Positions 18,470 through 28,598 of a DNA stretch of 56,514 nucleotides are shown piece by piece (position 1 is the first letter of the stretch; every line of letters starts with the position of its first letter). Position numbers and translations under genes: made by a program. Where the stretch lies: assembly GCA_964194815.1 (NCBI GenBank), contig CAXMOB010000359.1:1-56514 (forward strand). The letters are read 5' to 3'. The notes below the pieces were generated by a model. It did not search any database. It was not told the DNA's origin and saw nothing but the letters and a program-made list of their open reading frames with translations. The stretch comes from Vicinamibacteria bacterium (lineage in GTDB: Bacteria > Verrucomicrobiota > Verrucomicrobiia > Verrucomicrobiales > Akkermansiaceae).

Positions 18470-20269
18470 TCAGTCGCCTGACTTAAGCACCTTGATGAAG
18501 GCTTCTTGCGGGATGTTGACTTTACCGAACATCTTCATTTTCGCTTTACCCTTCTTCTGCTTCTCGAGAAGTTTACGCTTACGAGAAATATCACCACCGT
18601 AACATTTAGCGGTCACGTTCTTACGCATCGCTGAGATGGATTCGCGTGCGACGATCTTGCCACCAACTGCAGCTTGAATGGCCACTACGAACATCTGGTT
18701 AGGGATAACATTACGGAGCTTGAGTGCTAGACTACGTCCTTGAGCTTCAGCTTTATCACGGTGACAGATGATAGAAAATGCTTCAACTGGTTCCCCAGCG
18801 ATGAGCATGTCGAGTTTTACCATTTTGGCAGCACGGTAGCCTGCGTGTTCATAGTCCATAGAGGCGTAGCCCTTAGTCATTGACTTCATACGATCGTTAA
18901 AATCTACAAGAATATCAGCGAGTGGCACAACGCTAGTTAACATGACGCGAGTGTGGTCGACGGTTTCGGTACTGATGATTTCACCCCGCTTTTCCATGAT
19001 GAGTTGCATGATGTCTCCGATGTATTCACCCGGTGTCATCAAGTAAACTTTCACCATTGGTTCACGAATCTCTTGGATCGATTGGGCTTCTGGAAGGTAA
19101 GATGGATTATCGATGATGAGTTCCTCCCCACGAGTTGTGGTCACCTCATAAATTACTGACGGGTAAGTTGAGATGATGTCCATGTCGAACTCACGACGCA
19201 GGCGCTCTTGAATAATCTCCATGTGGAGTAGACCAAGGAAGCCACAGCGGAAGCCAAAACCGAGAGCGGTGGATGATTCTGGAAGAAAGCTAAATGCAGC
19301 ATCGTTAATCTGCAGCTTTGCCATTGCGGCCTTGAGAGCCTCGTAGTCCGAGGTGTCGATTGGGTAGATGCCAGAGAACACCATCGGTTGGACTTCTTTA
19401 TAACCAGGAAGAGCTTCAGGACATGGAAATTTAGAATTTGTGATGGTGTCACCGATTTTCACCTCAGCGGCAGATTTCATGTTGGCGATCATGTAGCCAA
19501 CATCACCAGCTGAGAGTCCATCCGTTTTGGACATCTTTGGAGTGAACACACCAGTTTCCTTCACTTCGTAAGTTTGATCAGTTGCGAAAAGTTTGATGCG
19601 ATCGCCTCTTTTGATGCTACCTGACACGATACGAACATAGGAAATGACGCCTTTGTATGCATCATAGAGTGAGTCGAACACAGTTGCACGGAACAGACCG
19701 TCTTCGTAGTCAGTAGGAGGGGGTACGCGAGCCACAACAGCTTCGAGGATTTCCTCAATACCGATTCCGTTCTTGGCAGATGCAGGAATGCCTTCATCAC
19801 CAGGGATCATGAGAACTTCTTCAAGTTGCCTACGTGCGGCGTCGACATCAGCTGCAGGAAGGTCGATCTTATTGAGGACTGGAAGGATGGTGAGCTTTTG
19901 CTCGATCGCCAAGTTGACGTTTGCCATGGTCTGTGCTTCCACACCTTGAGCAGCGTCTACGATGAGAATAGCACCTTCACAGGCAGCCAGTGAACGGGAT
20001 ACTTCGTAGGAAAAATCCACGTGACCAGGGGTGTCGAGAAGGTTGAGCTTGTAGGTGATGCCATCCTTCGCCGGGTAATACATGGTTACCGGGTGAGATT
20101 TAATGGTGATGCCACGTTCACGTTCGAGATCCATAGAATCAAGTAACTGGTCTTGAGATTCACGTTCTGTGACGGTCTGGGTGAACTCGAGAAGACGGTC
20201 AGATAAGGTAGTCTTTCCGTGGTCAATGTGGGCGATGATGGAGAAATTTCTGGTCAGCTCGATAGACAT
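18470..20269 (-). CDS. lepA: Elongation factor 4
   Basis: RNFSIIAHIDHGKTTL, DTPGHVDF, GFRCGFLGLLH, KCYGGDISRKRKLLEKQK. Start set at ATG 20269 (MSIEL). Confidence 0.98.
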   Translation of the reverse strand: MSIELTRNFSIIAHIDHGKTTLSDRLLEFTQTVTERESQDQLLDSMDLERERGITIKSHPVTMYYPAKDGITYKLNLLDTPGHVDFSYEVSRSLAACEGAILIVDAAQGVEAQTMANVNLAIEQKLTILPVLNKIDLPAADVDAARRQLEEVLMIPGDEGIPASAKNGIGIEEILEAVVARVPPPTDYEDGLFRATVFDSLYDAYKGVISYVRIVSGSIKRGDRIKLFATDQTYEVKETGVFTPKMSKTDGLSAGDVGYMIANMKSAAEVKIGDTITNSKFPCPEALPGYKEVQPMVFSGIYPIDTSDYEALKAAMAKLQINDAAFSFLPESSTALGFGFRCGFLGLLHMEIIQERLRREFDMDIISTYPSVIYEVTTTRGEELIIDNPSYLPEAQSIQEIREPMVKVYLMTPGEYIGDIMQLIMEKRGEIISTETVDHTRVMLTSVVPLADILVDFNDRMKSMTKGYASMDYEHAGYRAAKMVKLDMLIAGEPVEAFSIICHRDKAEAQGRSLALKLRNVIPNQMFVVAIQAAVGGKIVARESISAMRKNVTAKCYGGDISRKRKLLEKQKKGKAKMKMFGKVNIPQEAFIKVLKSGD

Positions 20270-20429
20270 AATGTGCTTGGAGAACGGTTTTGTTGCGGAA
20301 ACAAACTCCATGTCTTCCAAGTATTCAAGGAATTAGTGCCTTAATCCCTCTGTTTTAGGGGGCTAGACCTGACTTTACCAAGATCTGCTTTACTAATAGC
20401 TATTTGAACGCATCATACAGTGACTGATT

Positions 20430-21767
20430 ATGAGTTCTCGTCAAGATCCAGCCCCTATGGTTATTACTAGCGTTGTCGCTAGTGTGGTCTTGCATGTGGC
20501 ATTTTTAGGAGGTTTCGGGGTTTATGTAAAATACACCGAGCTTGTTGACGAGCTAGAACCTATTTTGACTGAAGTGAAGGCTTCAGCTGATGAAGGAGTG
20601 ACAGTTTACATGAGTCCACCATTGGCCGCTACGGAGGCAAGTGTTATCCCGAAGGCTCCTGTATCCGAAGAGGAAGCTCAGGCTCACATCGAAGAAGCTC
20701 TTAAAAAACTGGCAGAAGAGCAGGAAGAAAAACGCACGAACGCAGTGGTGATTTTACCTACTGAGAAATATTTTGAACGCACGACTGCTGCTCAGGAGTC
20801 GGAAGAGGCACCAAAGGATCCACTTGCTTATGGAGTAAGAGACACGCTCGCTCATTCAGACATGAAGGCAGATCTAAACGCGCCTGATCGTGTTGCTGTG
20901 GAGGGCGAAAAGCCGAAATACGATGGTTCTGATATTATCGATTCGCGGTTCCACGAAGGCAAGATTGAAGATGAGGGTGGAGCGGCCAAATCACCTGTTG
21001 CAGGGGCACCTGATGCACCCGATTACTCCAAGATGATTGACAAAGACATCAACCAGGTGCTGGAGGATTTGAATCCATTGAAAGACCCTTCAAATACTGA
21101 TCCTCAACTTGGTGATCCCTTAGCAAAAACTGATGATGGCCAAGATGAAAAAACGCAGGACAAGCTTGCGGAGATTAAGATGGATGAGTCCAATACGTTA
21201 AAAGTCGCTAGGGAGATTGCTAGAAACGAGGCTCAGAGAGCACAGGAAGAATTAAAGAAAAAACTTGGCGTGAAGGCTGGTGCCGAGGGCGCTGCTGTGA
21301 ATCCGAAACCCAAGCCGACGGAGCAAGCGATGAAGTCGAATAAGGGCCAAAAGGTTGATCCTATGCAGGATCCGTTCGCCAAGGCTGCAGGGATGAACTC
21401 AGAAGTTAAAAAGAACCGCATCACAGGATCTATCTCAAGAAAGGGGGTGGCTGCTAGAAATGTAGAACGCACCGAACGTGGACGCTATGTGAACTCGGTT
21501 TTACGATCGGTAGAGAATTCTTGGCAACGTGAGCTTATTCGTTATTCGGATCGACTCATGCCAGGCCAGCTTGGGATTACTTTTTATGTGGATCCGAAAG
21601 GTAAGGTGGTGGAGACTGTTCCCTTTGATACCAATGCTGGGACACAAACTCAGCGTGGGATTACTTATAATAGTATAAAAAAGGCTGTTATTCCATCGAT
21701 GCCAATGACCTTGAAACAAGAGCAGCAGGGGCAGGCGATGGAGATTACCATCCACTTTAATTTTTAG
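20430..21767 (+). CDS. TonB/TolA-like protein
   Basis: Single N-terminal TM with S-x3-H (SVVLH), long charged/Pro-rich linker, TonB-C-like terminal domain ending ITIHFNF. Confidence 0.65.
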   Translation: MSSRQDPAPMVITSVVASVVLHVAFLGGFGVYVKYTELVDELEPILTEVKASADEGVTVYMSPPLAATEASVIPKAPVSEEEAQAHIEEALKKLAEEQEEKRTNAVVILPTEKYFERTTAAQESEEAPKDPLAYGVRDTLAHSDMKADLNAPDRVAVEGEKPKYDGSDIIDSRFHEGKIEDEGGAAKSPVAGAPDAPDYSKMIDKDINQVLEDLNPLKDPSNTDPQLGDPLAKTDDGQDEKTQDKLAEIKMDESNTLKVAREIARNEAQRAQEELKKKLGVKAGAEGAAVNPKPKPTEQAMKSNKGQKVDPMQDPFAKAAGMNSEVKKNRITGSISRKGVAARNVERTERGRYVNSVLRSVENSWQRELIRYSDRLMPGQLGITFYVDPKGKVVETVPFDTNAGTQTQRGITYNSIKKAVIPSMPMTLKQEQQGQAMEITIHFNF

Positions 21768-22029
21768 GTTGGCAGGATGTTGGGAACTCCATACCAGTGT
21801 GCAAGAGTCGTAAAAAGCTAGCTTATTGAGTAAGGCGTGTGCCTTATCCTTAGTGTTGACATGGGCTCCGATTTCACCCTTTTAGGTTTTTTTCATTACG
21901 ATGTCCCTTACTTATAGAAGACGAGAAAAAAGGATATTGGCGGAGAATAAGCTTATGACAGCTATGAGAACGAATGCCAATTGAGAGTTTTCTGTTTACG
22001 GCTAGGTATTCTTAATCTAACTATTTATC

Positions 22030-22734
22030 ATGGAACCCAATAATAACCTTTATAAACCCCCTGAAGCCACGCCTCAAGTGACACAGGGTATTCAACAAAG
22101 AGATAGGTATGTTTCAGTGTTGAGCTTGGGAAACGCTTCTCGATTTATGTTATACGCGTTTATGTTGTTATGCATTTGCTTAGGTCTTTTTTCGATATGG
22201 AATGGTTCTCAAAACGCACAGGGAATTGCCCCATGTTATGATGAATTCGGTGAAGCTTTACCAATAGGACACACTTATGAATTGGCCTCTTGGCTCTACA
22301 TTATCATATTTTTTACACACGTAATCGTTTTCTGTTTTTGGACATATAAAGTAGTGAAGAATTCGTGGGCTAGATCCTCAATACCTGGAGTTCAATCAGT
22401 TTCATCTGGGTGGGCTGTGGGCTATTATTTTATCCCCATTCTTAATTTGTGGAAGCCCTATGGGGCAATGAAGGAAGTATGGAGAACCACTTTTGATGAT
22501 AGTAAGTCGACAGGTATTCTTTTATTGTGGTGGTGGGTTTGGATATTTTCGAATGTAATGGAGAAAGTCGCTTCAAGGATCGAGGGTGGAGAGAGTATCG
22601 AGAGTTATGCGAAAGTTGAATACATATTTGCATTTAGTTATTTTGTGGATTTAGCAGCGGCTATCTTGCTTTGTGGTATTGTGAAAAAAATAACGGCACA
22701 GCAAGATAGTTATTATAGAAAGCAATTGTTTTAA
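22030..22734 (+). CDS. DUF4328-family membrane protein
   Basis: N-terminal NLYKPP and the motif SSGWAVGYYFIPILNLWKPYGAMKEVW. Confidence 0.75.
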   Translation: MEPNNNLYKPPEATPQVTQGIQQRDRYVSVLSLGNASRFMLYAFMLLCICLGLFSIWNGSQNAQGIAPCYDEFGEALPIGHTYELASWLYIIIFFTHVIVFCFWTYKVVKNSWARSSIPGVQSVSSGWAVGYYFIPILNLWKPYGAMKEVWRTTFDDSKSTGILLLWWWVWIFSNVMEKVASRIEGGESIESYAKVEYIFAFSYFVDLAAAILLCGIVKKITAQQDSYYRKQLF

Positions 22735-22735
22735 T

Positions 22736-22762
22736 GTGTAATACCATTCTGAGAAACAAAAG
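22736..22762 (+). repeat. Dispersed repeat, copy 1 (26/27 nt identical to 39426-39452)
   Basis: GTGTAATACCATTCTGAGAAACAAAAG versus GTGTTATACCATTCTGAGAAACAAAAG. Confidence 0.8.
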
Positions 22763-22943
22763 AGTGGGATAATGGGATGCTCTGTCACCACGCACTACAG
22801 GTTCAAAGATGTTTAGTAATGGAGCATCGATAAAAACTGATCACCAAAAATCGTAACAATAGTCACAGTCCTATTGTTCTGAAACATGTTGGGGCTAACT
22901 GTTATGAACTTTCAGAACTACGGGTTAGTGCTGTGTATGGGTG

Positions 22944-23570
22944 CTATTCATTCAGCACCTTAAGGGCACCCGCTTCCACAAAATCTAGCAAGAAATGAAG
23001 TTGCTTTGTGTGTTCTGCCGCTGATGCTGATAAGTTGTCTGCCCCTTGTATGCTGTAGGCGTAACTTCTGAGTGAGACTGCGGCACCGGAGGAAATTCTT
23101 AGAATTGAGCGAAAATCGTCAGGCGAGTTTTTTGGGAGAATTACCCCTAAAACGTTTAAAAATTCTTGCACTGTTTGCTGGAAGATAGGGATTTTGTAGG
23201 GGTTGTTCTCGTCGTCGTGAATCAATGTTTTAGACGTGAGTGCGGCAACAATACGCGGATCTGTTTGGTGGATTTCAGGGAGGAAAATAGGAGCTATAAA
23301 TGCTTCGAGGACACTACGCAGTGTAAGATTGGCACCGTGATCGAGCTTTGCCTTCGCTAGAAGGTTGAGACGGTTATTGTTAATTTTCTCGGTCTTGAAC
23401 TTGATAACAGCTTTGACCAAACCTTCTTTATCGGTGTAATGGTAGCTGAGAGCAGAGAGGTTGACTTCGGCACGGTTCGTGATGTCTCGCACTGAGACAT
23501 TATCGAATCCTTTTTCACCAAAAAGTTCAGCAGCTGCCCTAAAAATTTTATCTTTAGTTTCCTTCGCCAT
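22944..23570 (-). CDS. TetR/AcrR family transcriptional regulator
   Basis: N-terminal HTH: TKDKIFRAAAELFGEKGFDNVSVRDITNRAEVNLSALSYHY. Confidence 0.9.
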   Translation of the reverse strand: MAKETKDKIFRAAAELFGEKGFDNVSVRDITNRAEVNLSALSYHYTDKEGLVKAVIKFKTEKINNNRLNLLAKAKLDHGANLTLRSVLEAFIAPIFLPEIHQTDPRIVAALTSKTLIHDDENNPYKIPIFQQTVQEFLNVLGVILPKNSPDDFRSILRISSGAAVSLRSYAYSIQGADNLSASAAEHTKQLHFLLDFVEAGALKVLNE

Positions 23571-23613
23571 AATAGTCGTTAACTACCTGAGCGAACGCGA
23601 ATATAGACCTTGT

Positions 23614-24969
23614 CTATTTAATTGGTGAAAATCGTTTTAAGGTCTGGTAAATTGGGCGACCAGAGATTCTGCGGTAGAACAGAATGGCTGCTACAGCAAA
23701 GAATATAATATTGGTGGCCCAAGCAGCTAGAGCAGGGGGCAGATTGCCAGATTCTCCCAGAGTGGGGAAAACTGTAGAGCAGAAGAGCATGCCTGCACAG
23801 AGGAAGATGGCGACAGCAACACCGCCTACTGCACCGCGGCGACTAAAGGAAATTCCTAAGGGAGCGGCGAGAATGACGATGATGATACAGATGACTGGTT
23901 GGGCCCATCGGAAGTGCCAATACGTGCGGTAAGAACGTTTGTTACTGAGGATGTGGTCCGGGTGGTTATTAATCCATGAGGTCAGCTCGGGAATACCAAG
24001 GTGCGTTGGTTCGAGACCTGGCCTGATGATTTGCCATGGAGTTTCGGGTAATTGTAGTTCTAGGGATTCATGTATAACGGGAAGTGGCATACGAATGCGT
24101 TGACCGTTGTCGTCAATGAACTTCCAATGAGTGACGCCTGACATCGTCCATACACCTGTTTTTTTCTCCCATAATGCGGTTTCGAAGCTGTATTTTTCAA
24201 CAAGTTGTTCTTCCTTGTTGTGTTGCCAAACGGTGACTTTTTCTAGGGCCTCCCCTTGAGCAAACTTACGAGGGAAGCGTCCAACCGTCCACATGCGTCC
24301 TGTTTTTGGGTTACCATGGCCTACGTTGACTGCCGCAGTGTTCGGCTCGCCCTTCAGTTCTTTGAGCATAGAGCGTTTATAACCCTCACCAAATGGTGCC
24401 CAGTGGTAGCTGAAGATCGTTGTGATGAGAGTGAGGAATAATCCAACGACAATGAGTGGTGCCATAAGGCGTAGCACACTGCGACCACTTTGGATCATCG
24501 ATACAATTTCCTGCGATTTTGAAAGTTTTCCTAAGCACCATAATAGCGAGAGCATGAGTGAGTAGGGTAGGATCATCATCAATAGTCCCGGTATCTGAAT
24601 AAGATAGAACCCAATGACCTCTTTGGTGGTGGCTTCTTTCAAGTTTGAACCATGGTTTTGGAGTTCCATCAGGATCAACATGGCGAGGAAGGCAAAGAAA
24701 CAGATGCCAAAGCACAGTAAGAGTTCGCGTGTGAGGTAGCGGTCGAGAATAGTTGAACTGTAGTATAAGATGGCACCGAGACCTGGCAGCAGGCAGAGAA
24801 GCACCAAAAGCCAGGGACGGATTTCGTGTGCCTTCACATTAGCGGTCGGATAACCAAGGAGGTGTTCTGCCACACGTGCTGATTCGATTCCGTAAAGGAA
24901 ATACGCAGCGATACCGCCTGCAATGAGGAAAAGTAGTGGCCAGAGGATTTTGCCAAGCTGATGAGGCAT
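23614..24969 (-). CDS. LptF/LptG family LPS-export permease with N-terminal extension
   Basis: ILDRYLTRE start motif at ~aa 74, LGKLSKSQEIVSMIQSGRS, periplasmic beta region, LPPALAAWATN. Confidence 0.85.
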   Translation of the reverse strand: MPHQLGKILWPLLFLIAGGIAAYFLYGIESARVAEHLLGYPTANVKAHEIRPWLLVLLCLLPGLGAILYYSSTILDRYLTRELLLCFGICFFAFLAMLILMELQNHGSNLKEATTKEVIGFYLIQIPGLLMMILPYSLMLSLLWCLGKLSKSQEIVSMIQSGRSVLRLMAPLIVVGLFLTLITTIFSYHWAPFGEGYKRSMLKELKGEPNTAAVNVGHGNPKTGRMWTVGRFPRKFAQGEALEKVTVWQHNKEEQLVEKYSFETALWEKKTGVWTMSGVTHWKFIDDNGQRIRMPLPVIHESLELQLPETPWQIIRPGLEPTHLGIPELTSWINNHPDHILSNKRSYRTYWHFRWAQPVICIIIVILAAPLGISFSRRGAVGGVAVAIFLCAGMLFCSTVFPTLGESGNLPPALAAWATNIIFFAVAAILFYRRISGRPIYQTLKRFSPIK

Positions 24970-25063
24970 ACAAAAAGGTGGAAGAAGAGAAGAGAATAGA
25001 AAAGCTTAAACTATCAAGTGACACAGATACTTTAGCCACAAAACGTATGGTTGTAGCGATGCC

Positions 25064-25690
25064 TTATTCCTTAGTGACAAAATAGCTGAGGTTTTCTAGC
25101 TCAACAGCCAGGTCGACATTGTTGACCAAGATGTGTTCAGGGACTTTTAGGATGACTGGTGAGAAGTTGAGCAATCCTTTGATACCTGCATCGATCAGGG
25201 TGTTGGTCGCTTGTTGTCCTTGTTCTCCAGGGACACAAAGGATGGCCATTTTGATACCGTGCTCTTGAATAAAGTCAGGCATGTCAGTGTCGTGTAAAAC
25301 AGGGCAGGGTAATCCCCCGCGCTTGACGGCATCTCTAGAGGCATCGAAAGCAGCGGCCACTTCGAATCCTTCTTTGAGGAAACCGTCGTAACGCAACAAA
25401 GCTCTGCCTAAGTTACCAGCACCCACAAGAATGACTTTTTGGAGTTGTTCGCGCCCAACAATTTCATGGATTGCTTTAGAGAGAAGCTCGACAGTATAGC
25501 CTAGGCCGCGGGTGCCAACTTGGCCTATATAGGAAAGGTCTTTACGTAGCTGAGCTGGCTTCACGTTGGCTAGTGTTGCCAGGCCTTGAGAGCGGATCGT
25601 TTCCTTGCCGGTTGCTGCGACACGCTTGAGACAGCGACTGTAAATAGACAATCGATAAATCACGCGTCTTGGTATTTTTTGCTTTTCCAC
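25064..25690 (-). CDS. rex: Redox-sensing transcriptional repressor Rex
   Basis: IPRRVIYRLSIY, QLRKDLSYIG, GLGY, LVGAGNLGRAL, LNFSP. GTG 25690 is the likely start (track start 25735). Confidence 0.93.
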   Translation of the reverse strand: MEKQKIPRRVIYRLSIYSRCLKRVAATGKETIRSQGLATLANVKPAQLRKDLSYIGQVGTRGLGYTVELLSKAIHEIVGREQLQKVILVGAGNLGRALLRYDGFLKEGFEVAAAFDASRDAVKRGGLPCPVLHDTDMPDFIQEHGIKMAILCVPGEQGQQATNTLIDAGIKGLLNFSPVILKVPEHILVNNVDLAVELENLSYFVTKE

Positions 25691-25731
25691 TATGAGGAAT
25701 GTCGTTGGAATTAGAGGATAATCAAGTGCTT

Positions 25732-26739
25732 TCACACCTCTGGACGGAGTGCACGGCCAAGTAGGCCTGCGAGAGCATCCTTTACAGGTTTGTCTTCGTA
25801 GAGCACAAGATAAACCTCATCGATGATTGGGGTGTCGACCCCTGCATCGCGAGCTGACTCGTAAATGGAGAGCGTATTGGGTACACCTTCAACGACCATG
25901 CCAAGTTTTTCGCAAGCTTCTTCACAGGTTGCACCTTGACCGATAGCCATACCGACACGGTTGTTGCGGCTGTGTCGAGAATAGCAGGTAACCATGAGAT
26001 CTCCTAAGCCAGAAAGGCCAGAGAATGTTTCAGTCTTACCTCCTAGAGCGACCCCAAGACGGGTCATTTCGGTGAGCCCTCGTGTGACGAGAGCTGCGAT
26101 GGCATTGTCCCCCAAACCTAGACCTGATGCCATACCTGCAGCGAGAGCGAAGACATTCTTTAAGGCTCCACCAAGTTCAATGCCAGCGATATCGTCACTA
26201 GTGTAGGTGCGTGCATAAGAGGTGGTGAGCACCTCTTGTAAGAACGGAAGCACCTCTTGGTTTTGACAGGCGACAACAGCACAGGTAGCGAGTTTTTTGG
26301 AAACTTCCTCAGCGTGAGTTGGGCCAGAGTGGACACCAATTGGGTTGTTCGGGAAATAGTCAGCAATGATTTGGCTCATGCGGTCACCTGTACCACGCTC
26401 GATGCCTTTGGAGCACGTCACAATAGGAGTCGATTCTGAGATACCAAGCTGGCTGAGTTTTTCAGCAGTGGCTCGGGTCGCTGAAGTAGGCACAACTGAG
26501 AGGATGAGCTGGGCATCGGTGGCAATCGTTAGGTCTGTAGATCCTACGATATTTTCTGGTAGAGATACCTCTGGTAGGTAGCGACTATTGCTGTGCTGAA
26601 GAGTAATTTCTTCCGCCAGTGCAGCAGTTCGACCATAGAGAACGACTTGATCGAAATGTTCAGACAGGATTATGGCTAGAGCAGTGCCCCAGGAACCAGA
26701 CCCAATGACGAAAGCAGTTTTATGATTCTTTTGTGCCAT
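25732..26739 (-). CDS. gpsA: NAD(P)H-dependent glycerol-3-phosphate dehydrogenase
   Basis: GSGSWGTALA, CSKGIE, SGPTHA, GGALKNV, GLGDLMVTC, SRN. Confidence 0.95.
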   Translation of the reverse strand: MAQKNHKTAFVIGSGSWGTALAIILSEHFDQVVLYGRTAALAEEITLQHSNSRYLPEVSLPENIVGSTDLTIATDAQLILSVVPTSATRATAEKLSQLGISESTPIVTCSKGIERGTGDRMSQIIADYFPNNPIGVHSGPTHAEEVSKKLATCAVVACQNQEVLPFLQEVLTTSYARTYTSDDIAGIELGGALKNVFALAAGMASGLGLGDNAIAALVTRGLTEMTRLGVALGGKTETFSGLSGLGDLMVTCYSRHSRNNRVGMAIGQGATCEEACEKLGMVVEGVPNTLSIYESARDAGVDTPIIDEVYLVLYEDKPVKDALAGLLGRALRPEV

Positions 26740-27433
26740 TATTTTTTTTGGTAAATTTATTTTCCGTCCCGTTGATGATGTTTTTAATATTGGAGCGATG
26801 TTTCCAAATGGCCATCACAGCGACGAAAATGGCGAAGACTACCAGGGGTTTGTTCCATGTTCCATTGGCGAGTTTGCCATGATACCACGAACCGAAAACG
26901 ACGATGAGCGGGAGAGCTACAGCCCCCCCAATACTTGCGACAGAAACGTAGCGAGTGAGTTTGAACAGAATAAACCAAACAGCACCAAGGACAGGAAGAC
27001 CGAATGGAGCAAGTACAACAATAACACCAGCTGAGGTTGCGATGCCTTTTCCTCCTTTAAATCCTATCCATGGTGAGTAGTTGTGACCTAGAATCGCACA
27101 TAAACCAGTGGTGACCTGTAACGACTGCGCTGTTAATTGTGGTAGCTCTATGCTTAGGCCTTCTAGGAATGATAAATGACACCACGCTTCATGACCTGTA
27201 AAACGTAGCAGGTTCATGGCGATGATCGTTGGAACTAAGCCCTTGAGGAAGTCGAGAAAGAAGCAGGAAATTCCATACTTCTTACCAACGACGCGCAGCA
27301 CGTTGGTGGCACCAATATTGCCAGACCCGTGGTCGCGGATATTAATCCCTTGCGACTTCGCTATAAGAAGGCCAAAAGGTATTGAGCCAAGTAGAAAGGC
27401 GAAGAGGGGAACCGCAATTGTTTGCCAGAGCAT
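26720..27433 (-). CDS. plsY: Glycerol-3-phosphate acyltransferase
   Basis: GSGNIGATNVLR, DFLKG, GHNYS, FKGGKGIAT, HRSNI. Confidence 0.95.
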   Translation of the reverse strand: MLWQTIAVPLFAFLLGSIPFGLLIAKSQGINIRDHGSGNIGATNVLRVVGKKYGISCFFLDFLKGLVPTIIAMNLLRFTGHEAWCHLSFLEGLSIELPQLTAQSLQVTTGLCAILGHNYSPWIGFKGGKGIATSAGVIVVLAPFGLPVLGAVWFILFKLTRYVSVASIGGAVALPLIVVFGSWYHGKLANGTWNKPLVVFAIFVAVMAIWKHRSNIKNIINGTENKFTKKNNGTKES

Positions 27434-27436
27434 GAT

Positions 27437-28114
27437 TTATTTTTCTTCTTCTTCCTTCTTTGCTCCACCAACTGGGCGAAGCTTGAAGAAACGCTCGCTT
27501 AGAACTTTATTCCAAGCGGCGAGGTTTTCTTTTTGAGTCGCGTAAAGCGGAGTGGTGTCATCTGTGATAATGATATCCTTCATGGCAGTGCCTCGCTTGA
27601 GGTTCGTTGCGATCTCGAGGCCTTTTGTGACTTCACCGAATACAGTGTATTGTCCATCGAGGGCAGGCGTAGCAGAGTGGGTGATATACCACTGAGCACC
27701 ATTGGTGTGAGGCACTGCGGTTCTCGCCATAGAGAGCATTCCTGCCTTGCTGTGCTTGAGATCAGCAATCTTCGGATTTTCAGTGTAAGTTTCGTTCTTG
27801 ATAGTGTAGCCAGGTGATGCCGCACCTGACATGTGCTTGCCACCTTGTGAAACGAATCCTGGAACTACACGGTGGAAATCGGAACCAACATAGTAACCAC
27901 GTTGTGCGAGGTTACAGAAATTAGCCACTGTGACAGGTGTCTTAGAGGCGTAGAGTTTGATGTGAATGTCACCATCTGCAGTTTTTATAATAGCATTGAT
28001 GTCTTTTAAGTTAGCTGTGTTAGCTTTCGCTCCTTCAGGCTTGTCTTGAGCGCTACAGGAAAGGATAGCCACACTTAAAAGTGTGAGGATAGTGGTAAGG
28101 AATGGGAATTTCAT
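27437..28114 (-). CDS. Cyclophilin-type peptidyl-prolyl isomerase, exported (possible lipoprotein)
   Basis: PVTVANF, FHRVVPGFVSQGG, GMLSMAR, LDGQYTVFG. Signal peptide ending ILSC. Confidence 0.9.
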   Translation of the reverse strand: MKFPFLTTILTLLSVAILSCSAQDKPEGAKANTANLKDINAIIKTADGDIHIKLYASKTPVTVANFCNLAQRGYYVGSDFHRVVPGFVSQGGKHMSGAASPGYTIKNETYTENPKIADLKHSKAGMLSMARTAVPHTNGAQWYITHSATPALDGQYTVFGEVTKGLEIATNLKRGTAMKDIIITDDTTPLYATQKENLAAWNKVLSERFFKLRPVGGAKKEEEEK

Positions 28115-28117
28115 ATT

Positions 28118-28576
28118 TTAGTCTTCTACTTCTATGGTCATGTTAATTTCAACGGAAACGTTGAGTGGGAGTGAGGCGGCTCCAAGTGCAGTGCGGGAGT
28201 GCACGCCTTTGTCGCCAAATATTTCAACGAGAAGGTTTGAACAACCGTTGATCACTGCTGGGTGATTATAGAAATCTGGCTCAGAGTTAACAAAACCATT
28301 TACCGTCACGATGCGAGAAACCTTGTCGAGGCTACCGATCTCATCTTTCACTACCGCGAGGCGATTGAGTGTGATCAGGCGAGCTGCTTCTTGAGCTGTT
28401 TCGACTGAGGTGTCAGTCGGGACTTTGCCTTTGTAGGTATCCTCGAGTGGAGGAATACCACCAGCGAGGAAAAGTAAGTTCCCTGAACGTACACAGTTGA
28501 CATAAGAACCAGCAGGGGCAGGAACGTCAGGAAGTGTGTAACCTAGTTCCTTGATGCGATTTTCGATTTGGGACAT
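28118..28576 (-). CDS. RidA/YjgF family protein
   Basis: PAPAGSY, GFVNS, VINGCS, HSRTALG, SLPLNVSVEI. Confidence 0.88.
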   Translation of the reverse strand: MSQIENRIKELGYTLPDVPAPAGSYVNCVRSGNLLFLAGGIPPLEDTYKGKVPTDTSVETAQEAARLITLNRLAVVKDEIGSLDKVSRIVTVNGFVNSEPDFYNHPAVINGCSNLLVEIFGDKGVHSRTALGAASLPLNVSVEINMTIEVED

Positions 28577-28598
28577 GAAAATTGTTATTGGTTAATTG

